Assembly: GCA_045589295.1 (NCBI GenBank)
Contig: JAZNOU010000003.1
Coordinates: forward strand, 1 to 43,273
Origin: Clostridia bacterium
GTDB lineage: Bacteria > Bacillota > Clostridia > RGIG6154
Reading direction: 5' to 3'
DNA length: 43,273 nucleotides
A program made the translations under genes and the position numbers. The notes beneath the pieces are model-generated. The model was not told where the DNA came from and made no database searches. It saw only the letters and a program-made list of their open reading frames with translations. Positions 32,310 to 41,287 of this stretch are shown in pieces (the first letter of the stretch is position 1; the number at the start of each line of letters is the position of its first letter).

Positions 32310-33896
32310 ATGAACACATTAACAAAATTTTTAAGAAATATGCTACTTTACTCAAAAAAAAATATTCCAAACAAATTCGAATTTGAAGAAGTAAAATCAA
32401 TTCACAGCGAAAAGCAACAAAAAGACTTTTTTGTAACAGAGAAAATAAGCGAAAATCTTTCGAACATTAAGTCATATTTTAATTATGAGTTAAGCGGTGA
32501 TATTAAAATCCGTGAATTTAAAATTTTTGACAAAAAAGCTTTTATACTTTTTGTTGAAGGTATGGTAAACACAGATTTTATTGACCAAAACATTCTAAAG
32601 CCCTTGATGTTGTTCCCGAATAAAACTCCTGACAAAAATACTGTTTTAGAAAAATTAATCACTCATAATCAAGCAACAACTGCAACCGACTTCAAAAGCA
32701 TTGCATCAAGTGTTAATTTCGGAGATTGTGCTATTTTTGTTGATAGCATTAACACCGCAATAATATGCGATGTAAAAACATGGGACAGGCGCGGAATTGA
32801 TGCACCTTTAACAGAAGCTGTCATCATTGGCCCGCACGAAGGCTTTAATGAAAATTTCAAGGTTAATACTGCTTTAGTAAGAAAAATTGTACGAGACCAA
32901 AATTTGATTATTGAGAATTTGTCGGTAGGCACACAAAGCGCCACCCCCTGCGCATTTATGTATATGAAAAATATAGCAAACGAAGAGTTGGTTTGCGAGT
33001 TAAAACGCAGACTTGAAAATATTAGTTGCGATTACATTTACCAAGTAAGTGAACTTGAACAACTAATAGAAGACAGCACATTTTCCTTGGTGCCTCAAAT
33101 GCTAAAAACTGAAAGGCCTGACAAAACCGCCGAAGCTCTTATAGAAGGAAAAATTGCCGTCATACTTCAAGGAAGCCCTTTTGCATTGATACTTCCTGTT
33201 ACACTGAGCGAATTTTTCACAACAATTGAAGATAAGAATTTGCGTTTTCCATATTCTAATATGATACGTTTTATAAGACTTGTTGGAATATTGATATCTA
33301 TTCTTTTACCTGGGGTTTATATTTCCATTTTAAACTTTCACCATGAAATGCTTCCTACAAATCTTTTGTTCGCAATTGAAGCAACGCGCGAGGCAATACC
33401 ATTTTCCGCATTTGCAGAGCTTTTAATTATGGACATTGCTTTTGACTTAATTAGAGAAGCAAGCATAAGAGTCCCCTCTCCTGTTGGTTCTACACTGGGC
33501 ATTATTGGTGGTCTTATAATAGGTCAAGCTGCTGTAAGTGCAAACATCGTTAGCCCAATTTCAATTATTATTGTCGCACTTGCTGGAATTGGTTCATTTG
33601 CAACGCCTGATTATTCACTATCATTTGGATTCAGACTATCAAGGTATTTTTACACTGTTTTAGGTGCGTTTAGTGGTTTTTTAGGATTAAGTTTAGGAAT
33701 TTTTGTTAATATTTCTTTACTTTCCAACGTAAATTCATTAGGCGTTTCAATGCTTGAAAATCTATCATTTGTTAACAACGATTTTATTAAATATATATTT
33801 TTACCGCCGTTATGGAAGCGTGAATTTCGTCATCGTTACCTAAAAGCAAAACACCAAAGAATTCAGAAACACATTAGCAGAAAGTGGGCAAAATAG
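32310..33896 (+). CDS. Spore germinant receptor A subunit (GerA/GerKA family)
   Basis: R.I..P.TE.VI.GP.EGF.E, TERPD, GSPFAL.LP, RE.IPF, REASIRVP..VG.TLGIIGGLIIGQAAV.A. Start uncertain (32274, 32310 or 32340). Confidence 0.93.
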   Translation: MNTLTKFLRNMLLYSKKNIPNKFEFEEVKSIHSEKQQKDFFVTEKISENLSNIKSYFNYELSGDIKIREFKIFDKKAFILFVEGMVNTDFIDQNILKPLMLFPNKTPDKNTVLEKLITHNQATTATDFKSIASSVNFGDCAIFVDSINTAIICDVKTWDRRGIDAPLTEAVIIGPHEGFNENFKVNTALVRKIVRDQNLIIENLSVGTQSATPCAFMYMKNIANEELVCELKRRLENISCDYIYQVSELEQLIEDSTFSLVPQMLKTERPDKTAEALIEGKIAVILQGSPFALILPVTLSEFFTTIEDKNLRFPYSNMIRFIRLVGILISILLPGVYISILNFHHEMLPTNLLFAIEATREAIPFSAFAELLIMDIAFDLIREASIRVPSPVGSTLGIIGGLIIGQAAVSANIVSPISIIIVALAGIGSFATPDYSLSFGFRLSRYFYTVLGAFSGFLGLSLGIFVNISLLSNVNSLGVSMLENLSFVNNDFIKYIFLPPLWKREFRHRYLKAKHQRIQKHISRKWAK

Positions 33897-34952
33897 TTGG
33901 AGAATTATAAAATCAAAACATGCGAAGCAATTGCTTTAATGACTAATTTATTGTGCAACAAACTCTTTGTACTTGCACCATATTATTTAAAACTTACTTC
34001 AGGTAATTCTGCATTTATTGCAATTTTACTTTTTTATGTTGTCGCTTTTGTATTATTTAGATTATGCATAAATCTATATCCGCAAAAAAAAGATTTACTT
34101 GATGTAACTCAATACAAATCACAACGATTGATAATTGGCGTAATTGTTTCATTAGCTTTTTGCATAGTTACAACACTCACCTTAAGACAGTTTTCAGAAG
34201 GCATTAAAGTTATGACAATGCAAAAATCCCCCGTAAGTTTTATTGGGGGCATCTTTGGATTTGCAATGATCTTTGGAGCAACATGTGGGATTAAAAGTAT
34301 CGCTAAAACCAATAATTTTTTTGTACCGTTTATATATGCAGCAGCTATACTTTTAACACTAGCTACCATAAATAAAAACGACCTTTTGGGAATATTCCCT
34401 ATTTTCGGTTATGGACTGAACGTAATAATACCAAAAGGTTTCATAATATTATCAATGTTGTTTGAAACAATTGTGTTTTTTATATTGCCACCTAATTTAT
34501 ACGAGCCCAATGATATTAAAAAAATTGGTAACTACTCATTTTTATTCTCTCTGGTTATATTTATAACAATCGGAGGGATATATTGCATCATCACACCTCC
34601 AAGTTCCAACTTTGAAAGCTATGAACCATTTTTTAGACTAATAAAACAAATAGAATTAGGTAATTTTTTACAAAGATTTGACTCACTATTTTTAATACTC
34701 TATTGTTTGTCGGCATTTCTATATCTATCGACATCCTTATATTTTTCAACTTATATCTTTACAAAAACATTTAAGTTAAGTGAAACAAAATTTTTAGTTG
34801 CTCCAATTGGAATTCTTATAATATGTTGTTCGTTTATAAACTATTTACAGGAATATATGTTCAACGTTATAGAAAAGATTTACTACATCTTATGGATTAT
34901 TGCGTTCATCATTCCATATATTGCTTTAATAAAATTCAGGAGAATTAAATGA
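33897..34952 (+). CDS. Spore germinant receptor B subunit (GerAB family, APC-fold membrane protein)
   Basis: About 10 TM segments; I.LGNFLQRFDSLF motif; sits between the A and C subunits. Confidence 0.88.
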   Translation: MENYKIKTCEAIALMTNLLCNKLFVLAPYYLKLTSGNSAFIAILLFYVVAFVLFRLCINLYPQKKDLLDVTQYKSQRLIIGVIVSLAFCIVTTLTLRQFSEGIKVMTMQKSPVSFIGGIFGFAMIFGATCGIKSIAKTNNFFVPFIYAAAILLTLATINKNDLLGIFPIFGYGLNVIIPKGFIILSMLFETIVFFILPPNLYEPNDIKKIGNYSFLFSLVIFITIGGIYCIITPPSSNFESYEPFFRLIKQIELGNFLQRFDSLFLILYCLSAFLYLSTSLYFSTYIFTKTFKLSETKFLVAPIGILIICCSFINYLQEYMFNVIEKIYYILWIIAFIIPYIALIKFRRIK

Positions 34953-36004
34953 AGAAAATACTTGTAATTATTATAACTGTCATTTTAGCTTTTATAACGT
35001 CTTCTTGCTACGATTCAACAGAAGTGGATGATATGGTGTATATTATCGCAATAGGAATAGATGAAGCAAGTGACAATAATTATGAATTCACATTTCAGGC
35101 TGCAGTTCCGCTAAATATAAGCAGCGGTGTTGAAACCAGTTTCTCTTCTTCTGAAAAATCTGTATCTTTAAATAATATTAATGCTTTTGGTACTGACTTA
35201 TATTCTGCTTTAGCCACCGCAAACAAAACTATAAGCAAAGAGCTTGACATTTCACATTGTAATTTTTTAGTTTTTTCTGAAAAAATTACAAATTCAACTA
35301 TTGAACCACATATTAAATCTGTTATTTCCAACTCAGATTTACGTCCCTTAACTTATGTCGCTGTGGCGAGGGACAGCGCAAAAGAATATTTAAATAATAT
35401 TTCTTCTCCTTTTGAATTAAACCCCTCAAGGTATTACGAATTGTTTTTTAATAAAAACTACTCTCCGGAATCTTTTGTAACACATTTACGTGATTTTGAA
35501 AAATATCCTGTTGTTGCACTTCCACTGATTGGTGAAAACGAAATATCAACAACCATATTAAAAAACTTTTCAAAAACAAGCACCCTTAGCAATGAAGAAA
35601 CTTTATTTCTAAACGTTTTGTCGGGCAGGTTCAATTCAGGGTACTTTTCTGTTTCACAAAACTTACCCACTTTGAATCTCAGTGTAAACAAAAAGCCTAA
35701 AATCACTGTTAATACCAAAAATGAATACCCCAAAATCAGTTTTAAACTTGATTTATATGGCACACCGCTTTCCGTTATTGAAAACAAAGATGAATTTGAT
35801 AAAAAGATGGCAGAATATATACAAAAATCATGTATTGATTTGTTATATAAAACATCAAAGGAATTTAAGGCAGACGTGTTAAACACCTCAGCTTACGCAA
35901 AAAAGAATTTTCTTACTTTACACGATTTTGAAGAATATGAATGGGATAAAAAATATCAACAAGCTGAGTTTGATGTAATTGTCAACTACAAAACAATAAG
36001 ATAG
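34949..36004 (+). CDS. Spore germinant receptor C subunit (Ger(x)C lipoprotein)
   Basis: Lipobox ITSSC followed by YDSTEVDD..YIIAIGID; L.ISH..FLVFSE; K.FKADVL; W...Y..AEFDV.V. Confidence 0.9.
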   Translation: MKKILVIIITVILAFITSSCYDSTEVDDMVYIIAIGIDEASDNNYEFTFQAAVPLNISSGVETSFSSSEKSVSLNNINAFGTDLYSALATANKTISKELDISHCNFLVFSEKITNSTIEPHIKSVISNSDLRPLTYVAVARDSAKEYLNNISSPFELNPSRYYELFFNKNYSPESFVTHLRDFEKYPVVALPLIGENEISTTILKNFSKTSTLSNEETLFLNVLSGRFNSGYFSVSQNLPTLNLSVNKKPKITVNTKNEYPKISFKLDLYGTPLSVIENKDEFDKKMAEYIQKSCIDLLYKTSKEFKADVLNTSAYAKKNFLTLHDFEEYEWDKKYQQAEFDVIVNYKTIR

Positions 36005-36012
36005 GAGTTAAA

Positions 36013-36168
36013 ATGCGCATATTATATAATATTCTTGCTGTTGTCTACAGTATAAAAACTGTTTCTTACGCCATTTACTGCATAAAAAATAAAGAAAAAG
36101 GAATATTGTTCCTTTTTCTTTTAAGTGCTTTATTGTTGATCTCACCAATAATGATGCTTATAAATTAA
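36013..36168 (+). CDS. Small two-TM protein (51 aa), putative germinant receptor D subunit
   Basis: Not in the ORF track. ATG at 36013 after AGGAG, 8 nt past the C-subunit stop; [51 protein letters not shown]. Confidence 0.65.
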   Translation: MRILYNILAVVYSIKTVSYAIYCIKNKEKGILFLFLLSALLLISPIMMLIN

Positions 36169-36632
36169 TTTTCATTTTCTTTGCTTCTCATCAAGGCATT
36201 GAGTTCTTGCATAAAAGTATCAATATCTTTGAATTGTCTGTATACAGAAGCAAATCTTACATAAGCAACTTCATCAATGTTTTTGAGGGCATCCATAACT
36301 TTTTGCCCAATCTCTCGAGTTGAAATCTCTTTATCAAGTGTGCTGAAAATATCATTTTCAATATTGTCAACGATATTTTGCAACTGTTCCATTGTAACAG
36401 GACGTTTTTCACATGCGCGCATAATTCCATTTAAAAGTTTTTGTGAATCAAACATTTCACGTGATTTATCTTTTTTTATAACTCTAAGTGGAATACTTTC
36501 AATTTTCTCATATGTTGTAAATCTTTTCTCGCACTCAATACATTCACGTCTTCTTCTGATTATTGTCCCTTCATCTGTCGGTCTTGAATCGATTACTTTA
36601 CTCTCTGCACTTCCACAAAATGGACATTTCAT
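36165..36632 (-). CDS. nrdR: Transcriptional repressor NrdR
   Basis: MKCPFC, VIDSR, IRRRREC..C..RFTTYE, ATP cone, [12 protein letters not shown]. Confidence 0.98.
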   Translation of the reverse strand: MKCPFCGSAESKVIDSRPTDEGTIIRRRRECIECEKRFTTYEKIESIPLRVIKKDKSREMFDSQKLLNGIMRACEKRPVTMEQLQNIVDNIENDIFSTLDKEISTREIGQKVMDALKNIDEVAYVRFASVYRQFKDIDTFMQELNALMRSKENEN

Positions 36633-36720
36633 ATTGGCACCCCATTTTCACATTTATTAGTTATATTTTACCAAACTTTTTATTTCAAATCAATATATTT
36701 TAACAAATTCAAGAAAAAAC

Positions 36721-36749
36721 TTGTATTTTTTTTCAATTTATTATATAAT
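36721..36749 (+). promoter_or_regulatory. Sigma-A promoter of lysS
   Basis: TTGTAT-17 nt-TATAAT upstream of the SD GGAGG. Confidence 0.65.
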
Positions 36750-36782
36750 TAGTTAGTATTTTATCAATTATGGAGGTTCATT

Positions 36783-38333
36783 ATGGAAGCTAATGAAAAC
36801 AATGTAAAAGAATTATCTGAAATTTTACAGGTACGTCGCGATAAATTAGCAGAACTTCAAGCCGAAAATCGCGATCCCTTTGAAATTACAAAATATACTC
36901 GCACACACACTTCAAAAGAAATTTCTGAAAACTGCACAACCGAAGAACGTACAGTTTCAGTAAGAGGTGAAGAAAAACAGGTTACTGCCCTGATTTCACC
37001 GCTTGATGGTCAAAATGTTACGGTAGCTGGCAGAATTATGTCAAAAAGAGGTATGGGTAAAGTTGGCTTTGTACACATTGCAGATACTGAGGGACAAATC
37101 CAGCTTTTTGTAAAAAAAGATATTCTTGGCGAGGAAGAATACAACAGATTTAAAAAACTTGATATTGGTGATATTGTTGGTGCAGAAGGTGAAGTATTTA
37201 CAACTCAGACAGGCGAAATTTCTGTACGCATTAATAAAATTACACTTTTATCCAAATCACTTATGCCCCTTCCTGAAAAATTTCACGGAATGACAAATAC
37301 CGACTTGCGTTACAGGCAACGTTATATTGACCTGATTATGAACAGAGATGTAAAAGATACCTTCATCAAACGTTCAAAAATTATTTCAACAATCCGTAGC
37401 TATCTTAACAATCAAGGCTTTTTAGAAGTTGAAACCCCTATGCTTGTATCAAATGCAGGTGGTGCTGCTGCTCGCCCATTTGAAACTCACTTTAACGCCT
37501 TGGATGAAGATTTCAAACTCAGAATCTCATTGGAATTATATTTAAAAAGACTTATCGTTGGCGGATTGGAAAAAGTATATGAAATTGGCCGAGTATTCAG
37601 AAACGAAGGCTTAGACACAAGACACAATCCAGAATTTACCCTTATGGAACTCTATCAGGCGTACACTGACTACCACGGCATGATGGATTTAACAGAAAAT
37701 CTTTACAGACATGTTGCCAATGAAGTTTTAGGCACAACAAAAATCACATATAACGGCATTGAAATGGATTTGGGAAAACCGTTTGAGAGAATCACAATGG
37801 TTGATGCTGTTAAAAAATATTCCGGCGTCGACTTTAATGAAATCAAGACTTTAGAAGAAGCACGTGCTGCTGCAGACCAGCATCACATTGAATACGAAGA
37901 AATACACAAAAAAGGTGATATCTTAAATCTCTTCTTTGAAGAATTTGTTGAAGAACATCTTATTCAGCCAACATTTGTTATGGATCACCCAATCGAAATT
38001 TCTCCTCTTACCAAAAAGAAGCCAGAAAACCCTGAATATGTTGAACGCTTTGAGTTCTTTATGAATGGTTGGGAAATGGCAAATGCATATTCTGAGCTTA
38101 ACGACCCAATTGATCAGAGAGAACGTTTTAAAGCCCAGGAAGAGCTTTTGGCTATGGGAAATGATGAAGCAAATACAACTGATGAAGACTTTATGAATGC
38201 TTTAGAAATCGGTATGCCACCTACAGGCGGTATCGGATTTGGTATCGATCGTATGTGTATGCTTCTTACCGACTCAGCCGCAATCAGAGATGTATTGCTC
38301 TTTCCGACAATGAAGCCACTTGATAACAAATAA
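36783..38333 (+). CDS. lysS: Lysine--tRNA ligase (class II)
   Basis: OB fold (VAGRIM), RYRQRY.DL, GGAAARPF, FRNEG...HNPEFT, GMPPTGG.G.GIDR, IRDVLLFP. Confidence 0.98.
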   Translation: MEANENNVKELSEILQVRRDKLAELQAENRDPFEITKYTRTHTSKEISENCTTEERTVSVRGEEKQVTALISPLDGQNVTVAGRIMSKRGMGKVGFVHIADTEGQIQLFVKKDILGEEEYNRFKKLDIGDIVGAEGEVFTTQTGEISVRINKITLLSKSLMPLPEKFHGMTNTDLRYRQRYIDLIMNRDVKDTFIKRSKIISTIRSYLNNQGFLEVETPMLVSNAGGAAARPFETHFNALDEDFKLRISLELYLKRLIVGGLEKVYEIGRVFRNEGLDTRHNPEFTLMELYQAYTDYHGMMDLTENLYRHVANEVLGTTKITYNGIEMDLGKPFERITMVDAVKKYSGVDFNEIKTLEEARAAADQHHIEYEEIHKKGDILNLFFEEFVEEHLIQPTFVMDHPIEISPLTKKKPENPEYVERFEFFMNGWEMANAYSELNDPIDQRERFKAQEELLAMGNDEANTTDEDFMNALEIGMPPTGGIGFGIDRMCMLLTDSAAIRDVLLFPTMKPLDNK

Positions 38334-38385
38334 TCGAAAAAGTGCAGCAAAATAGCGGGTTTGACGAGTTGGCAAAATGAAAATA

Positions 38386-38413
38386 TACGCCAATTTACGC
38401 CAAACTTACGCCA
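38386..38413 (+). repeat. Three direct TACGCCA repeats, putative tyrosine-integrase arm-type binding sites
   Basis: TACGCCA at 38386, 38396 and 38407 (10 and 11 bp periodicity), about 50 nt after the lysS stop. Confidence 0.7.
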
Positions 38414-38457
38414 TAATATGCAAAAGATTATGCACTAAATAGGAACCTTAACTATTA

Positions 38458-38489
38458 AACTCCTTGCAAATGTATTGTTGCAAGGAGTT
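38458..38489. terminator. Stem-loop, probable terminator for lysS supplied by the element
   Basis: 12-bp perfect inverted repeat AACTCCTTGCAA / TTGCAAGGAGTT followed by AT-rich sequence. Confidence 0.65.
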
Positions 38490-38516
38490 AATTTTATCTT
38501 ATCAAATTTTATATAA

Positions 38517-38545
38517 TTGAAAGAAAATTGATTTTGTGGTATAAT
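38517..38545 (+). promoter_or_regulatory. Sigma-A promoter of the cargo operon
   Basis: TTGAAA-17 nt-TATAAT with an extended -10 TG, then SD GAGGGTG before the ATG at 38573. Confidence 0.8.
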
Positions 38546-38572
38546 TAAATAAAAGCTTGTGAGGGTGAAATA

Positions 38573-40312
38573 ATGAACAATTTATATGATATTAATATTT
38601 TTAATAGAACATTTAAAATTGACGAGACTGAATACAAGTTGTTATCTCAATTATATATAGTAATTGATGAGAATAAATGCATTAATGTTTTGAAATTAGG
38701 CACCGATAACGAAGTCTTGCTTGTTGGTTGGGACAAATTGAAACAGCAAGTATTTCCTATCAATATTTCTAATGTTAGCAAATGCATTAAAGATTTAAAA
38801 ATGATAGCAGCATTGTCAGATGAAGAAGAAATTGTAGATTTTGATATCGAGATGGAATATGAAAAATTTAAAGGTACCTCATTTTTGAAATTAATTGACA
38901 ATATTTCTGTATTAGCTACCGCTGACGAGGCTCTTTTGGAAAGTACTAACATTGAAATTGAATTTTATGATTCTTTGAAATACACTCCAACAAGTTTTAT
39001 TTGTGAGTCCTTTGATGGGTTGAAAATCAAGTTTTTATTTGAATTTGGGAATGTTTTTAACGATGAATTGCAAAATTGGGGGATTCTATCACCGTTGAAA
39101 ATATACATAAATGATAAATCAATTGGTGAACATTATGTACAACGCAGTTGTGCACTGAATAATGAACGAGTTTTATTCCTGTGTCAATCAAAAATAAGTG
39201 AATTATTAAACGCAACAAGTTTAGCATCCACGTTAAGTATAGAGAATATGGATATTTATACTTTGAGTGATTTTCTTGTATCTACTGCAGGTTTGCTTAA
39301 TTCTGTAAATTACCCAGATGATTATCCTGCAGGGCAATATTGGTTTACAACAATCATACCGATAACGGGAGTTATATACGATCAGGAGTTTGGCATAGGA
39401 AATGTTTTGTTTTTAACTAAAGAAAGCGATACTGTGTCAAATATATGTGAGTTTAATGATAATTTTAACAATTATGACCATTTTGCTCTAGTACATGTCA
39501 ATGAAGAAAAAATGTACAATGCATTCAAAATATCTAAGAAACAAATAGAACAGTCAATCGACTTGTTAGTAAATGTATTGAAGGATGATAGTTTATACAG
39601 CACGCATGGAATGGGAATGTATTTTCTTCCCAAAAACATTAATATATTTGATACAAAAGTTAATGTAACGAACTTCTTTTATATTGAGAATACCTACACA
39701 AATTCAAGACTATCGGGCAATATAGAGGAAGTAAGGAATCATCCATTAATACAGATAGATAAAAATTTCATTGAATGTTTAAAAGAATTAAATAAAATGG
39801 AATTGTTACTTATTAAAGCGAATGGTACGAATGATGAAGAAATCACACCTCTTTTTAATGCGCTAAAATGGGTTAGAAAAGCTTGGAATTCGGAAAATTC
39901 AGAAGATAAAATCATTTATGCAATAATAGCACTGGAGTTTATTGTATCAAAAGAAAAAAATGAACAAATGCTTAATAAACCGACTAGAAAAAAATGCAAA
40001 AATGCCATTAAGGAAATTCTTAAAGAGTTATCTATTCCAAAAGAAGAATTTGAGAAGTTAGAAAAAAATGTTTGCGAAAAATTTGATAGGACATATACAG
40101 AAACTCCTTTTATGTTAAAATTACGAAATTTAGTTAATCGGCTAAATATACCTATCCACGAAACAGAGTTTGAATTGATTGACAAAGCACGAAAACATCG
40201 CAACGGTATAATTCATGGTGGAAATGATTCTATAAAAATGAATGATATTTATAAATTATGTGAGGTTATAAGTAAAATTGCATTTTATAAAATAAATTCA
40301 TTGGAGGTGTAA
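38573..40312 (+). CDS. HEPN domain-containing protein (ApeA-like C-terminus), putative RNase / defence effector
   Basis: C-terminal helical domain with ALKWVRKA..SE..EDKIIYAIIALE and an RxxxxH motif RNGIIH (R543-H548, nt 40199-40216). The first about 250 aa are not recognised. Confidence 0.72.
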   Translation: MNNLYDINIFNRTFKIDETEYKLLSQLYIVIDENKCINVLKLGTDNEVLLVGWDKLKQQVFPINISNVSKCIKDLKMIAALSDEEEIVDFDIEMEYEKFKGTSFLKLIDNISVLATADEALLESTNIEIEFYDSLKYTPTSFICESFDGLKIKFLFEFGNVFNDELQNWGILSPLKIYINDKSIGEHYVQRSCALNNERVLFLCQSKISELLNATSLASTLSIENMDIYTLSDFLVSTAGLLNSVNYPDDYPAGQYWFTTIIPITGVIYDQEFGIGNVLFLTKESDTVSNICEFNDNFNNYDHFALVHVNEEKMYNAFKISKKQIEQSIDLLVNVLKDDSLYSTHGMGMYFLPKNINIFDTKVNVTNFFYIENTYTNSRLSGNIEEVRNHPLIQIDKNFIECLKELNKMELLLIKANGTNDEEITPLFNALKWVRKAWNSENSEDKIIYAIIALEFIVSKEKNEQMLNKPTRKKCKNAIKEILKELSIPKEEFEKLEKNVCEKFDRTYTETPFMLKLRNLVNRLNIPIHETEFELIDKARKHRNGIIHGGNDSIKMNDIYKLCEVISKIAFYKINSLEV

Positions 40313-40313
40313 T

Positions 40314-41222
40314 ATGGGAATTTTAAGAACATGTGAGAAAATAGGTACTGAACTTAGGGAAACTAAAGAAGGTAAAGCAATACTAGAACTGGTAAAAAAG
40401 ATAAAAACAAATCCTCAAGAAATTACGTTTGAGTTTTTTAAACTTATAAATAAATACTATATAGAATTGCAATTTTATTCAATCCCTCACACTTTTGAAG
40501 TTTTAAAATATAATCTAGATAATCCTCTCTTAGGCGATACTATAAAGAATATTTTAAAAATAGCTGAAATAGAAGAATTAGCACATCAAAATGTTCCATT
40601 TGGGAAATTTGTTGAGAATTTGGTTATTAGTTGCTTTAATAGTAATGTTAAATATGAAACGCCTGAAGGAATTTCGGCGACACCGCAACTTATTAGACTA
40701 TCAAACACATTATCTGTAGATTGCTTAAAAACTGATATTATATCTCGGATTTCAAAAGGATATCATACGGACCCTCTTTTTACTAAGTTGTTAGAAGAAT
40801 TTGATAAACTTAACACCAAGAACTGTATTGTACCATATAGTAAAACGGATAGAAAAAACTTAAAAATTCTAAAAGAAAAATACAATCCTGATTATGTGGA
40901 ATTAGTCTACATGTTTATAAGCACATTAACTTATATGAAAGCCATGATTTTTGATAGTTTTTATGATAACATGGTAGAAATATTTGAAAATCCGGATATC
41001 ATCCATAAGAGAGAAAAAAGCCTTTCAAATGGAAGTCTGATAAAAATATCAACCTCTCTGGAAGCATTCTTTCGCAATAATAACAAAGGTTGGATTCTTA
41101 AATTACATAACTGCGATGGAACGATATCCTACGGACAAATATTTCATAAAAGCTTTAAGTTCAAGTGTGATGATGAGGAAGATTCTGCAACAATAAAAGC
41201 TATCATTAACAAAAATATCTAA
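40314..41222 (+). CDS. Hypothetical protein (302 aa), co-transcribed with the HEPN gene; possible tandem YlbF/YmcA-like helical domains
   Basis: Starts 1 nt after the HEPN stop, with SD GGAGGT inside the HEPN 3' end. The CDS is well supported; the YlbF resemblance is by eye only. Confidence 0.8.
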   Translation: MGILRTCEKIGTELRETKEGKAILELVKKIKTNPQEITFEFFKLINKYYIELQFYSIPHTFEVLKYNLDNPLLGDTIKNILKIAEIEELAHQNVPFGKFVENLVISCFNSNVKYETPEGISATPQLIRLSNTLSVDCLKTDIISRISKGYHTDPLFTKLLEEFDKLNTKNCIVPYSKTDRKNLKILKEKYNPDYVELVYMFISTLTYMKAMIFDSFYDNMVEIFENPDIIHKREKSLSNGSLIKISTSLEAFFRNNNKGWILKLHNCDGTISYGQIFHKSFKFKCDDEEDSATIKAIINKNI

Positions 41223-41234
41223 ATACAAATACTC

Positions 41235-41264
41235 AAGTCGTATCAGAAATGGTACGGCTTTTTT
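41235..41264 (+). terminator. Intrinsic terminator after the two-gene cargo operon
   Basis: AAGTCGTATC-AGAAAT-GGTACGGCTT (two G-U pairs) followed by TTTT. Confidence 0.7.
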
Positions 41265-41287
41265 GTTTGCAAAAAGGAGGTTATACA

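Noticed and set aside
36783-38333. lysS as a chimera with a large element-supplied 3' portion
   Set aside because: Plausible given the adjacent element, but I cannot locate a breakpoint without homologue alignments.
38386-38413. TACGCCA repeats as a CRISPR array
   Set aside because: The units are 7 bp with 3-4 nt gaps, far too short; I found no CRISPR array or cas gene in the window.
38573-40312. HEPN protein as a Cas13 or a HEPN-MNT toxin
   Set aside because: Only one convincing HEPN RxxxxH motif in context, no array nearby, and the neighbour has no nucleotidyltransferase motif.
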